Made by a program: the position numbers and the translations under genes
Source of the DNA: Roseibacillus sp.
Lineage (GTDB): Bacteria > Verrucomicrobiota > Verrucomicrobiia > Verrucomicrobiales > Akkermansiaceae
Direction: 5' to 3'
Length of the DNA stretch: 64,000 nucleotides
Assembly: GCA_965242925.1 (NCBI GenBank)
Contig: CBDEUM010000014.1
Span: 192,001-256,000 of the forward strand
Shown: in pieces, positions 47,878 through 57,744 of the stretch
How positions within the stretch are numbered: the first letter of the stretch is position 1
Layout of the letters: each line of letters opens with the position of its first letter
Notes under the pieces: model-generated
Seen by the model: only the letters and a program-made list of their open reading frames with translations
The model's database searches: none
What the model was told of the DNA's origin: nothing

Positions 47878-49191
47878 ATGTTCTTGTCCCTGCGTTATCT
47901 CTTCCCGCTGCTGGTGCTCGCCCTCATTGCGGTCGTCTCCCTGGGCGGGGGCCATGAAACCCCGGTCCCGATCCGAGCCTACGTGGGCGCACGGATTATT
48001 CCGGTAACCTCTCCCGAGATTGCGGACGGCGTCCTCCTCGTCAAGGGGGAGACCATCGCGGCCGTGGGAAAGCGCGGCGAGGTTGTCATCCCGGATGACG
48101 CCGAAGTGATCGACGTAAAAGGCAAGGTCCTCTTTCCGGGTCTGGTCTGCACCCACTCCCACATCGGAAAAGTCCAGGGCGGAGATGGCTCTTCGCCCAT
48201 CCAGCCGGATGTGCGGGTGCTTGATTCCATTGACGTCCTCGACAGCACCGTTGAAAAGGCCCGCGCCGGGGGCATCACCATGGCCAACCTCATGTCCGGT
48301 TCAGGGCACCTGCTCTCCGGTCAGACCGCCTACCTCAAACTACGGGACGGCAACACCATCGAGGATCTCGCGGTACGCAATGAGGACGGTTCGATGGCGG
48401 GCGGAATCAAGATGGCCAACGGAACAAACTCTATCAAGGGTTCGGGTGGATCCCCCGGAACGCGGGGCAAGTCGGCCGCGCTGGTCCGGGCACAGTTCCT
48501 CAAGGCCCAACGCTACCGCGAAAAGCTGGCCAAGGGTGGCGATGACCCGCCCGAGCGCGATCTCGCCATGGAAGCTCTCGTGGAGGTTCTTGAAGGCAAT
48601 CGGGTGGTCCATCACCACACCCACCGCCACGACGACATCATTACCGTGCTGCGATTGAAAAAGGAGTTCGGCTTCAAGGTCGTCCTGCACCACGTCTCCG
48701 AGGCATGGAAAGTGGCGGACGAAATTGCGGAGGCCAAGGTGCCCTGCTCCATCATATATCTCGACTCACCCGGTGGAAAGCTGGAGGCGCGTGACCTCGA
48801 GTGGAAAAACGGAGCGGAACTGGAAAAGCGCGGGGTGCTCACCGCCTTCCATACGGATGACCCGATCAACGATTCGCGCTGGTTCCTGCGCAGCGCCGGT
48901 CTGGCGGTGCGGTCCGGGATGTCCCGTCAGAAGGCGCTTGAGGCGGTCACCATCGCGGGCGCCGAAATGATGGACCAGGCTCGCCACACCGGGTCGCTCA
49001 CGGTGGGAAAGAAAGCGGATTTTGTGATTCTGAATGGAGACCCCCTCTCGGTTTACACGCGGGTGCTGGAAACCCACGTGGAGGGGAGGAAGGTCTTCGA
49101 CCTCGACGATCCCAGGGACAAACTCTGGGCCGAAGGCGGGTTTGGTGCCGGTCACAAGCGACGTGCCAGCGGCTGCTGCTTCACCAGATAG
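47878..49191 (+). CDS. Secreted amidohydrolase family protein (metal ligands present)
   Basis: PGLVCTHSHIG, IKMANG, HTHRHDD, LHH, HTDD, GSLTVGKKADFV..GDPL. Confidence 0.9.
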   Translation: MFLSLRYLFPLLVLALIAVVSLGGGHETPVPIRAYVGARIIPVTSPEIADGVLLVKGETIAAVGKRGEVVIPDDAEVIDVKGKVLFPGLVCTHSHIGKVQGGDGSSPIQPDVRVLDSIDVLDSTVEKARAGGITMANLMSGSGHLLSGQTAYLKLRDGNTIEDLAVRNEDGSMAGGIKMANGTNSIKGSGGSPGTRGKSAALVRAQFLKAQRYREKLAKGGDDPPERDLAMEALVEVLEGNRVVHHHTHRHDDIITVLRLKKEFGFKVVLHHVSEAWKVADEIAEAKVPCSIIYLDSPGGKLEARDLEWKNGAELEKRGVLTAFHTDDPINDSRWFLRSAGLAVRSGMSRQKALEAVTIAGAEMMDQARHTGSLTVGKKADFVILNGDPLSVYTRVLETHVEGRKVFDLDDPRDKLWAEGGFGAGHKRRASGCCFTR

Positions 49192-49203
49192 GAGGACGAT
49201 CCA

Positions 49204-50436
49204 ATGAAGATATCCCCATTACTGACGATCCTCCTCCCGCTTACCGTGGCGACGGCCGGCGCCCAGATGGCCGTGCAGGCGGAATTGCTCTACCCCATGA
49301 CCGGGGATCTCAAACCCATCGAGGACGGAGTGGTGCTCTGCTCAAAGGACGGCAAGATCGAGAAGGTGGGCCCGGCCGGGGCCGTGCCCATTCCAGAGGG
49401 CTACCAGGTGCTCAAGGCCAAAGTGGCGACCCCGGGTTTCATCGATGCCCACTCCACCGTCGGCCTCTCGGGCATTCTGAATCTCGACCGTCACGACCAG
49501 GAACAACTGGAGAAATCGGCTCCGATCCAGCCCGAACTACGCGCCATCGACGCCTACAACGGGCGCGACCCACTCGTGAAATGGATCCGCCAACTGGGCA
49601 TCACCACGATCCACACCGGACACGCCCCCGGCGCCCTGGTGGCCGGGCAGACCATGATCCTCAAGACGAATGTCCCTACCATCACCGACCCGGAGAAAAA
49701 CACCCTGCGGCCTTTCTCCATGGTGGCCAGCACCCTCGGTCCGGACGGTTTCGGAGGAGGAGGAAAGGCCCCCGGAAGCCGGGCCAAGTCTCTCGCCATG
49801 CTGCGCGAAAACCTGCTCAAGGCGCAGAGCCACCTGAAGAAAAGGAAGAAGGCGAAGGAGGACGAAACGCCCGATCCCGACCTCAGGATGGATGCCCTCG
49901 CGGATGTCCTTGAAAAGAAAGTGCCCCTCCTCATCACGGCGCGGCGTCATCACGATATCGCCGCCGCCCTGCGCCTCCAGAAGGAGTTTGGATTCCGCCT
50001 TGTCCTCGATGGAGCCTCCGAGGCCTACCTGCTGCTGGAGGAGATCAGGGACGCCGGGGTTCCCGTTCTGGTCCACCCCACCATGGCCCGACCCTATGGC
50101 GAGAACGAGAACATGACCTTCACCCTGGCCGCCAAGTTGCACGCAGCGGGCATCCCCTTTGCTTTTCAATCAGGATACGAAGGCTATGTGCCCAAGACCC
50201 GTGTCGTGCATTTCGAAGCCGCCCTCGCCGTGGCCTACGGTCTTCCTCACCGGATCGCCCTCGCAGGCTGCACTTCGGCGGCCGCTGAACTGCTTGGAAT
50301 CGCCGACCGGGTGGGATCGCTGAAACCCGGAATGGCGGCTGACCTGGCCCTGTTTGATGGCGATCCCCTCGAAACCGTGACGCATTGCACCGGAGTGATC
50401 ATCGATGGCGTGGTCGTCTCCGAGAAAGTGAAGTAG
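49204..50436 (+). CDS. Secreted amidohydrolase family protein (degenerate ligand set)
   Basis: PGFIDAHSTVG, GITT, GSLKPGMAADL..GDPL; AGGAGG RBS upstream. Confidence 0.88.
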   Translation: MKISPLLTILLPLTVATAGAQMAVQAELLYPMTGDLKPIEDGVVLCSKDGKIEKVGPAGAVPIPEGYQVLKAKVATPGFIDAHSTVGLSGILNLDRHDQEQLEKSAPIQPELRAIDAYNGRDPLVKWIRQLGITTIHTGHAPGALVAGQTMILKTNVPTITDPEKNTLRPFSMVASTLGPDGFGGGGKAPGSRAKSLAMLRENLLKAQSHLKKRKKAKEDETPDPDLRMDALADVLEKKVPLLITARRHHDIAAALRLQKEFGFRLVLDGASEAYLLLEEIRDAGVPVLVHPTMARPYGENENMTFTLAAKLHAAGIPFAFQSGYEGYVPKTRVVHFEAALAVAYGLPHRIALAGCTSAAAELLGIADRVGSLKPGMAADLALFDGDPLETVTHCTGVIIDGVVVSEKVK

Positions 50437-50538
50437 AGCCTTTGAAGAGGGCCTCCACACAATGACTGACGCTTCAGGCATAATGATCACGGTGAACACC
50501 TTTCCTCCCTCCTGGAATTGGGGTATTGCACGTCGCCC

Positions 50539-52392
50539 ATGAACCGCATCTCCCGCCTTCTCTCCTGCGTTCTATTCCTTGCCCTGCCTGCTTCCGCCCG
50601 GACCTTTCCAGAGGCCGAACAGACCGCACACAAGCAGGGCGGAAAGGCTCTGAAGCAATCCGTGCAGGGCATTTCCGAAAAGGACCTGCGCAATTACGTA
50701 ACTCGCCTCGCCTCCCCCGAATACGAAGGCCGGGGAACAGGAGACAAGGGCGAACGCATGGCGACCTCCTATCTGGCTGCCTTCTTTGAAGGTCTCGGCC
50801 TGCAGCCCGCAGGAGCAGACGAATCCTACTTTCAGCCCTTCGACTTCCCGGCCGGCATGAAACTGGACGGCAAGAATGATCTCACCTTTGACAGGGTGAT
50901 CCCTGCCGGTTTTGGCAGAACCATCACCCCGGGGGAGCACTACCAACCGCTGTCCTTCAGCCAATCCGGCAAATTTGCGGCGGGGCTGGTCTTTGCCGGG
51001 TTCGGGATTCTCGCCGGGGAATACGACAGCTTTGAAGGATTGGAAGTGAAGGACAAGTGGGTCGTGGTCCTGCGGGGGAACCCGGAAGCGCGTCCACGGC
51101 TCCGCGGCTCCGGCCCACTCATCGTGAAAGCGAACCTGGCGAGGGAGAAGGGCGCGGCTGGGATCATCTTTGTGAAGGGAACCAACAAAGAGATCTCGGC
51201 GGAACTTTTACCGCCCAGTCAGGATATTGGCGGCGGCACGATTCTTCCCGCCATCACCATTACGGACCAGCTGGCCGCCTCCCTCCTCACCGGCAAACCG
51301 GAGCTCTCTTCCCTGAAAGACCTCTTCGAATCCTACTCCACGGCGAGGAAGATCACGGGTTTTGAGCTGAAAACCTGGATCTCCGCCCGGATCGGAGTGG
51401 TCAAACGCCGCGACGAGGGACGCAACGTGATCGCGCGCCTCGTCACGGGCACGAAGCCCTCGGAGGAAGCCATTATCATTGGCGCCCATATCGATCACCT
51501 GGGACATGGTAATCGCGGGGGCAGCCGCGCCCGGGGCGGGGAAGCGGCTGAGCTTCACCTCGGAGCCGACGACAACGCCTCGGGGGTGGCCGCCATGATG
51601 GAACTGGCCCAGCACTTCACTGCCCGGAAAAAGTCCGGGGCTCTCAAACTCAAGCGGGACCTACTCTTCGCAGGATGGTCGGGAGAGGAGCTGGGACTGC
51701 ACGGTTCAAGCCACTACGTCAAGCAGGTCGAAAAGCAGGGAGCCCTGCATCCGCGGGTCGCCGCCTACCTGAACCTCGACATGGTGGGACGGCTCAAGAA
51801 GGAGGGCCTTAACGTGCAGGGAACGGGGTCAAGCCCGGCCTGGGCCGGAGTGCTTGACCGGATTGATAAGCCGGATCAGCTCAGGATCCTCCGCTCCACC
51901 AGTCCCTACCTGCCCACTGACACCACTCCCTTCTACAATGCAGACGTCCCGGTGCTCTCCATCTTTACCGGCCTTCATGACGATTACCACACCCCGCGCG
52001 ACACCATCGAGACGCTCAATTTTGCCGGCCTCCACAAGGTCACCCGCTATGTCCGGAACATGACGGTCGCACTGGCACAGCTTCCCGAGGCCCCTGGCTA
52101 TGTGAAGGTCGAACGCAACCCGGGACGCAATGCGCCACGGGTGCGCCTGGGCATTCAGTTCGAGGCCCTCGAAGAGGGCATCAGGGTGACCAGTGTCCAG
52201 GCGGGATCCGCTGCCGCACGATCGGGCCTGCAGAACAGCGATATCCTCCGGCAGCTGGATGGGATGGATCTCGCGAATACGAATGATCTGACCGCCGTTC
52301 TCCGTAGGCTTGAGCCGGGAAAGGAGTACCCCTTGGCAGTCGGCCGCAGGGGGAAGGACCTCAAACTCCGAATAGTCCCCGAGAGGCGGTAG
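50539..52392 (+). CDS. M28-family aminopeptidase with PA and C-terminal PDZ domains
   Basis: EGRGTG, GAHIDHLG, GADDNASG, SGEELGL.GS, NLDMVG, DYHTP.D, RLGI...GSAAARSGL..D. Confidence 0.92.
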   Translation: MNRISRLLSCVLFLALPASARTFPEAEQTAHKQGGKALKQSVQGISEKDLRNYVTRLASPEYEGRGTGDKGERMATSYLAAFFEGLGLQPAGADESYFQPFDFPAGMKLDGKNDLTFDRVIPAGFGRTITPGEHYQPLSFSQSGKFAAGLVFAGFGILAGEYDSFEGLEVKDKWVVVLRGNPEARPRLRGSGPLIVKANLAREKGAAGIIFVKGTNKEISAELLPPSQDIGGGTILPAITITDQLAASLLTGKPELSSLKDLFESYSTARKITGFELKTWISARIGVVKRRDEGRNVIARLVTGTKPSEEAIIIGAHIDHLGHGNRGGSRARGGEAAELHLGADDNASGVAAMMELAQHFTARKKSGALKLKRDLLFAGWSGEELGLHGSSHYVKQVEKQGALHPRVAAYLNLDMVGRLKKEGLNVQGTGSSPAWAGVLDRIDKPDQLRILRSTSPYLPTDTTPFYNADVPVLSIFTGLHDDYHTPRDTIETLNFAGLHKVTRYVRNMTVALAQLPEAPGYVKVERNPGRNAPRVRLGIQFEALEEGIRVTSVQAGSAAARSGLQNSDILRQLDGMDLANTNDLTAVLRRLEPGKEYPLAVGRRGKDLKLRIVPERR

Positions 52393-52659
52393 GAGTCCAG
52401 GCCGATCTCCCAACGGACATCAGAAGTCACCTCCCTCCGTCATCCGCCAATCTCGAAGGCCCCGGAGGATGCCTCGACATCGGGGGCGGCACGGCAGGAA
52501 CTTTGCCTGAAGCAACATTCGGTCAGATTTACGAGGCCTCAACTGCACCCTGGCAATCTGGAAGCTCACCTGCTTTCCGGGAAGGTTGTTACCTTCTTCA
52601 TTCCGCTCCCCTCCGTGAGTGCATGAAAAATGAGACCTCCCCGGATTCTTCAGCAGTCT

Positions 52660-53325
52660 TTACACCTGCTGAGCAGTTTTTCGTTCGATCTCCCTGAGCG
52701 CTTTGACGAGATCAAGAGAGGTTGCAAACAACAGGCAGTAGGCCAGTAGTTCTGACAGTTCCTCATAAAAGACATGATGACGGAACCCGAAGAGATCTTT
52801 CTCGAAGGCCCTGCTCAGCGCGACGAGAAGAATGGCCGCCTGGACAAGATGAATACCGAGCGATGACCGCAGGTAGAGCCTTCTGTTGCCGAGATAGTAT
52901 TTCGCATCCTTTAGCATCAGGACCAGCAAGACCAGGGCCACGAGGAAAAAGATCGCCCTGCCCTCCTCCGCGAGCAGGAAGATCAACCATGTGGACACCC
53001 CCAGCTCATCCACATCCACCTCACGGAACGAAAAAATAAAACAAAGAACCGCCAGGAACAGGGCCAGCGCCCTGTGCTTTCCCCTCAGGGCGAATCCCGC
53101 GAAAGCAAAAACAACGCAACTGACCAGGAGCACCCCAGCCTGGATATTCTCCATCCAGCTGTTTTCTTCGTAGATAAAATCCATCCCCCGCCCGATCGCC
53201 AGATACCAGAGCACCAGATTCCCGGAGAGGAGCACCGACAACACGATGAGATTCCTGCGATCCAGAAAAATGAATCCCGTTGCGAGCAACACGCCAAACA
53301 GAATCGCAATGAGAAAGGAATCCAT
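52660..53325 (-). CDS. Hypothetical polytopic membrane protein
   Basis: About 7 hydrophobic segments; EENSWMENIQ, FREVD, YEELSEL motifs; more AT-rich than its neighbours. Confidence 0.7.
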   Translation of the reverse strand: MDSFLIAILFGVLLATGFIFLDRRNLIVLSVLLSGNLVLWYLAIGRGMDFIYEENSWMENIQAGVLLVSCVVFAFAGFALRGKHRALALFLAVLCFIFSFREVDVDELGVSTWLIFLLAEEGRAIFFLVALVLLVLMLKDAKYYLGNRRLYLRSSLGIHLVQAAILLVALSRAFEKDLFGFRHHVFYEELSELLAYCLLFATSLDLVKALREIERKTAQQV

Positions 53326-53517
53326 CAGGAAGCCGGGTTCAGACCTTGCCAGGCGAGCGGGAATACGGACTCATGGAGAAGCTGGCAGGCTGGGTTTCAG
53401 GAGATATTGGGGGATCCGGAAGAAAAGGATCCAGATGGGACACGGAACGCCATCATCACGTGCATTCCAGTATCACGGCTGATGCAAACATCCAAGATAG
53501 GATATCCAGCCGCCGGA

Positions 53518-54123
53518 CTAGGGAGCCGGGAGAGGTGACTTTCCCCACTCAGCCTTCCGGGACTTCCACTCCTCCAGCCCCGGCGTCATCCATTCTTCCG
53601 GATCCACGCCCAGCCCGTCCGCGATCCGATTGATGTAGTTGAAATAACCTATGACCTGTACCGCGATGGTAAGGGCCTCATCATCAAAACCCTCCTTCCG
53701 GAGGGAAATCAGGTCCGCCGCGCCCGCTTCACCCGGGGAGAGCGTGAGCTTCGCGGCGTAGTCGCAAAGCAACCGGTCGGCAGACGGAAGATCCATTTCG
53801 CGATAGTCGAAGACCAACTGCCGCGCCCCTGCCTCATCGCCCGATTCGCGGCCGAACTCGGCCGCGTGCGAGAGGGTTCAGTAGTAGCAGTCGTTGAGGT
53901 TGCTCACCACCGCTGCCAGCATCTCTCGACGGGCCGCCGAGAGCCCGTTGGGCGATTTCATCAGCTTGAGGTAGAACATCATGGAGCCCTCCAGGGCGGC
54001 AGGTTCCCGGCTCATCACCTTGATGATGTGGGCCACTCCGCCAGCCCGTGTCCGCGCGGATTCGTAAATTCTGGCGAGGGCACCTTCCGCCTCTTCTTCC
54101 GGAACCTGCTCAATATAGGCCAT
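53518..54123 (-). CDS. AhpD/carboxymuconolactone-decarboxylase-like peroxidase, probable selenoprotein (C79-Y-Y-U82)
   Basis: Two track ORFs are in the same frame and joined across TGA 53878-53880: REMLAAVVSNLNDCYY(U)TLSHA...YAAKLT..P...LRKEGFDD...FNYINRIADGLGV. 201 aa in total. Confidence 0.9.
53832..53875 (-). promoter_or_regulatory. Bacterial SECIS-like hairpin just 3' of the in-frame UGA
   Basis: mRNA: UGA-ACCCUCUCGCA (11 nt)-CGCGGCCG-AGUU-CGGCCGCG. 8-bp GC stem, G at loop position 2 followed by U; lower stem CCUC/GAGG and UCGC/GCGA. Confidence 0.8.
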
Positions 54124-54283
54124 GAGGAATCCAACCGCGGATCGTGGCCCATGGCGATCCTGGAAGCAGTTCTCCACAAGCTGCCTTAGGGCACGTCCGC
54201 GGTCGGCCATGCATCCGGTTTTCGGGCAATCGATCCACTAACTTTGAATATTAATTCTCCTTGAATACTTGATCCGCAGGTTT

Positions 54284-54315
54284 TTGACGGCGCAGACCTG
54301 GCAATTGTCATTGCC
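54284..54315 (+). promoter_or_regulatory. Candidate -35 box and palindromic operator upstream of the TPR-exbBD operon
   Basis: TTGACG at 54284-54289; perfect 6-4-6 inverted repeat GGCAAT-TGTC-ATTGCC at 54300-54315, in a divergent intergenic region. Confidence 0.3.
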
Positions 54316-54414
54316 CAGATGAAGATCTCCCGCAAACGACGCGCCCTGCTGGCAGATCCTCTCACCGACAATAGCATCTGTGAGCCCATCCTACCTTTGC
54401 TCCATCATTTCATA

Positions 54415-57400
54415 ATGAGCATGACAGCTCCTGATCAAATGATCAGGGTGTCCCGGATGGTGAGAAGAAGGCAGGGCAGATTCGCAACAGGCGGGGCATT
54501 CCTCCTCGCATTGCTGACGATGCTCCCCGGCCAGATCCAGGCCCAGGGCAAGGATCCTGCCCTTGATCTCTACTACCTCGCCTCCGGTGCCTACAACCGG
54601 AAGCTCTACCCTGCCGCCATCGGCGGATTCCAGGAGTTCCTGCAGAAGAACGCCAAGCACACCAAGGCGGACCAGGCCCGGCAGGGCCTGGCCCTCAGCT
54701 TCTACGCGCAGAAGCAATACGCCCAGGCCATTCCTCACCTCGGCGCCCTCCTGGCCAAGCCCAATCTTCCCAAGGAGATCAGTCGCGACCGCATCATCCT
54801 GATGCAGGGACAGTGTCTCCTGCGCAGCGGCCAGAAGGACCAGGCCCGCGCCCACTTCATCAAGGAGGAAGGCAAGTTGCAAAATCCCGCCTACAAGGCC
54901 TCCGCCCTCGCGGCCATCTGTGACATCTGCTTCGGCAAGCACGAATGGGATCAGGTCAACACCTGGACCGCCAGGCTGGTGCAGGCCAAGGGCACCCCCG
55001 ACCAGATGGCCCGTGGTCTCTATCAGCAGGGCTTCGCGAATTACCAGCTGAAGAAATACGAGAAGGCCGCCGGGATCCTCGAAAAGGTCACCCCCCTCAC
55101 CGCCAACGCCATCTGGAAGACACGGTCCTCCTACCTCCTCGGTGAGTGCTACACCATCGTCAAGAACCACGAGAAGGCCGAGCCCGCATTCGTGGCAGCC
55201 CTCCCGGGCCTGGAGGGCCCCGACAAGACCGAGTGCCACTACCGCCTGGGAGTGACCCGGTTCATCCTGGAGAAGTGGGCTCCGGCCGCGGAAGAGTTCG
55301 AGACCTTCCTGAAAGAGGAGCCCGGAACCCGGGACAAGGAACAGAAGAAGGAGAACCCCTACATCAAGGAATCGCAGCTCTACATCGGGAGATGCCTGCT
55401 GGAGCAGGGAGAGTTCAAAAAGGCCCAGAACCGGCTCTCGGGGTTGATCAACGTGGACAGCCCGTTGGGAGCCAAGGCCAACCTGTGGTTCGCCCGCGTT
55501 TTTTCGCGTCCGGAGAAGCCAAATTACGATCAGGCCGCCGCCTCCCTGGAGCCTGCGGTCAAGAAATACCAGAAATTCGCTCCCTTCAACGACGACCTGC
55601 GCTTCGATTATGCCAACGCCCTGATGAGCCGCAACAACCCCGACTGGAAGACCGCGGCCCAGGCGCTGGGACAGATCAACGGTGGGGTCTTCGGCCAGTT
55701 CGCGGAGGTTCTCGCCCAGCGGGCCACCTGCTACCACAAGCTCAAGGACTACAACACGAGCCTGAACCTGGCCAACGAGTACCTGGCCAAGTTCAAGGAC
55801 CATGAGATGGCTGGGGACACCCGTTTCCTGCGGGCCGAGAACATGTTCCTGCTCAACCAGCTCGATAACGCCATCAAGGCCTACCAGGAGTACCTGGCCG
55901 CAGACAAGGAGCACCCCCACACTCTTGCCGCAGCCTTCCGGGTGGCCCAGATCCACCACCACCAGGATCGCTGGGATCAATCCCTGGCCGCCGCCACACC
56001 ACTCCTGGCCAAGAAGCCGGAGGGTCCCCTCTTCGCCCAGCTCGCCTTCCTGGTGGGCAACTGCCACTTCCGCAAGGAGCAGTGGAAGGAATGCCTGGAA
56101 CCGCTGGAAGCCTTCGTGGCCACCCGGGTGCAGAAGAAAGGCAACAACCAGCAGGTCACTGCCGACCCCAATGTGGACACCGCGCTCATCCAGCTCGCGG
56201 TCGCCTACGACCGCACCGAGGATTCCATCAAGGCCCTTGAGCACCTCGAGACCCTCACCCGCTTCTACCCCAAGCCCACTCCGCACCTGCCCCTGGCTCT
56301 CGCCGAGCAGGGACGGCTTGCCTACCAGCAGGAGAACCTTTCCCTGGCAAGGCAGTCCCTCGAGCGCTTCCTCAACGAGGACAAACAGAACAAGGAACCC
56401 TTCAAGAGCGGGGCCCCGCCCCAACGGTTCCGGGTGAATTACTTCCTCGGCTGGATCAATGCCACCGAGAAAAAGCATGAGCCGGCTGCGCTGCACTTTG
56501 GTGCGGTTTCCAGGCACCACCAGCACGACCTGGCCCCGGATGCCGCCCTGCAGGAGGGCCTCGCCTACGTCTACCTCGAAAAGTTCGACCAGGCCGCGAC
56601 CCTGTTTCCGCAGATCCTCCAACGCTACCCGAAACACGAGAAGCTCCAGCGCGTCACCTACTACGCCGGACTCTCGCTCGCCCGACTGGAGAAGTGGGGA
56701 CCGGCCGCCGGCCACCTGCGCAAGGTGGCCGATACCTGGCCGGATTCCGAGTTCGCAGACCAGGCGCTCTACGAGTGGGCGTGGTGCGAACGCAAGCAGA
56801 AGCGGGAGACCGAGGCGGTCAAACTCTACGAACGCTTCCTGGCCAAATACAAGCAGAGCGCCCTCGTGATCAAGGTGCAGAGCGAGCTTGCCGGACTCAA
56901 CCTCAAGAGCGGCGCCCAGGACATGGTCATCGAGCGCCTCACCAAGGCGCTTGGGGAGGTCAAGGACGACGCCCTCAAGGAAGACCTGCGCTACCAACTG
57001 GCCAGCGCCCATTTTAGCAAGGGCGAATACGAAAAATCCGCCGGCATGTTTGAGCAACTCCTCAACGACTACCCCAAGTCCAAGCTCAAGGCCTCCATGT
57101 GCTTCCAGGCCGGGGAATCACGCTACAAACTGAAGGAGACCGTGACCGCCCGCGGACACTTCGCCGAGGGCATGAAGGCGAGCGGTCTCCAACCCGCCAT
57201 CGCCGAGTCCATGATGATGCGCCTCGCTGAAATGCAGTCCGCCACCGCCGATCACACCGGTGCTCGCAAAACCTATCAGGACTTCATCGGACGTTTTCCG
57301 GAAAGCAAATGGAGGCGCAACGCCCAGTTCGGACTGGCCTGGTCCCTTGAGAATTCGGACAAGCCCAACGACGCCATCCACCACTATGCCCCTCTCCTCG

Positions 57401-57699
57401 ACCCGAAGACCCCCATTGACCTCTGGACTGTGAGGGCCCGCTTCCAGACCGGAGAGTGCTACTTCAACATGCAGAAGTACGAACAGGCCGTGAAGGAGTT
57501 CCTCAACGTCGAAATTCACTACAAGAAGCATCCCGGCTGGCAGGCCAAGGGGATCCTCGAAATCGGCCGGGTTCTCCTCGCCCAGAACAAACGCGAGGAC
57601 GCCAAGCAGCGCTTCAAGGATGTCATCATCCGCTACCCGAAGCAAAAGGCGGCCATCGTCGCGCGCCAGTACCTCGATCAACTCCGCACCAACGGATAA
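54415..57699 (+). CDS. Large exported TPR-repeat protein (CpoB/BamD-like repeats)
   Basis: Signal-peptide-like FLLALLTMLPGQIQA, then many Y..A...F..FL..YP-type TPR units over about 1050 aa. Exact start uncertain (54415-54457). Confidence 0.88.
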   Translation: MSMTAPDQMIRVSRMVRRRQGRFATGGAFLLALLTMLPGQIQAQGKDPALDLYYLASGAYNRKLYPAAIGGFQEFLQKNAKHTKADQARQGLALSFYAQKQYAQAIPHLGALLAKPNLPKEISRDRIILMQGQCLLRSGQKDQARAHFIKEEGKLQNPAYKASALAAICDICFGKHEWDQVNTWTARLVQAKGTPDQMARGLYQQGFANYQLKKYEKAAGILEKVTPLTANAIWKTRSSYLLGECYTIVKNHEKAEPAFVAALPGLEGPDKTECHYRLGVTRFILEKWAPAAEEFETFLKEEPGTRDKEQKKENPYIKESQLYIGRCLLEQGEFKKAQNRLSGLINVDSPLGAKANLWFARVFSRPEKPNYDQAAASLEPAVKKYQKFAPFNDDLRFDYANALMSRNNPDWKTAAQALGQINGGVFGQFAEVLAQRATCYHKLKDYNTSLNLANEYLAKFKDHEMAGDTRFLRAENMFLLNQLDNAIKAYQEYLAADKEHPHTLAAAFRVAQIHHHQDRWDQSLAAATPLLAKKPEGPLFAQLAFLVGNCHFRKEQWKECLEPLEAFVATRVQKKGNNQQVTADPNVDTALIQLAVAYDRTEDSIKALEHLETLTRFYPKPTPHLPLALAEQGRLAYQQENLSLARQSLERFLNEDKQNKEPFKSGAPPQRFRVNYFLGWINATEKKHEPAALHFGAVSRHHQHDLAPDAALQEGLAYVYLEKFDQAATLFPQILQRYPKHEKLQRVTYYAGLSLARLEKWGPAAGHLRKVADTWPDSEFADQALYEWAWCERKQKRETEAVKLYERFLAKYKQSALVIKVQSELAGLNLKSGAQDMVIERLTKALGEVKDDALKEDLRYQLASAHFSKGEYEKSAGMFEQLLNDYPKSKLKASMCFQAGESRYKLKETVTARGHFAEGMKASGLQPAIAESMMMRLAEMQSATADHTGARKTYQDFIGRFPESKWRRNAQFGLAWSLENSDKPNDAIHHYAPLLDPKTPIDLWTVRARFQTGECYFNMQKYEQAVKEFLNVEIHYKKHPGWQAKGILEIGRVLLAQNKREDAKQRFKDVIIRYPKQKAAIVARQYLDQLRTNG

Positions 57700-57744
57700 C
57701 AGAATCTCTCCGGCACTCCACCACTCCGACCCTGCCCTTTCCCC

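Noticed and set aside
52393..53517. Possible mobile-element insertion around the AT-richer membrane gene
   Set aside because: No transposase or integrase, and no terminal inverted repeats or target duplications that I could find.
54391..57057. 888-aa minus-strand ORF (also 22983..24323, 27242..28612, 59888..61393, 62357..63781)
   Set aside because: In-register antisense shadows typical of GC-rich coding DNA; no motifs.
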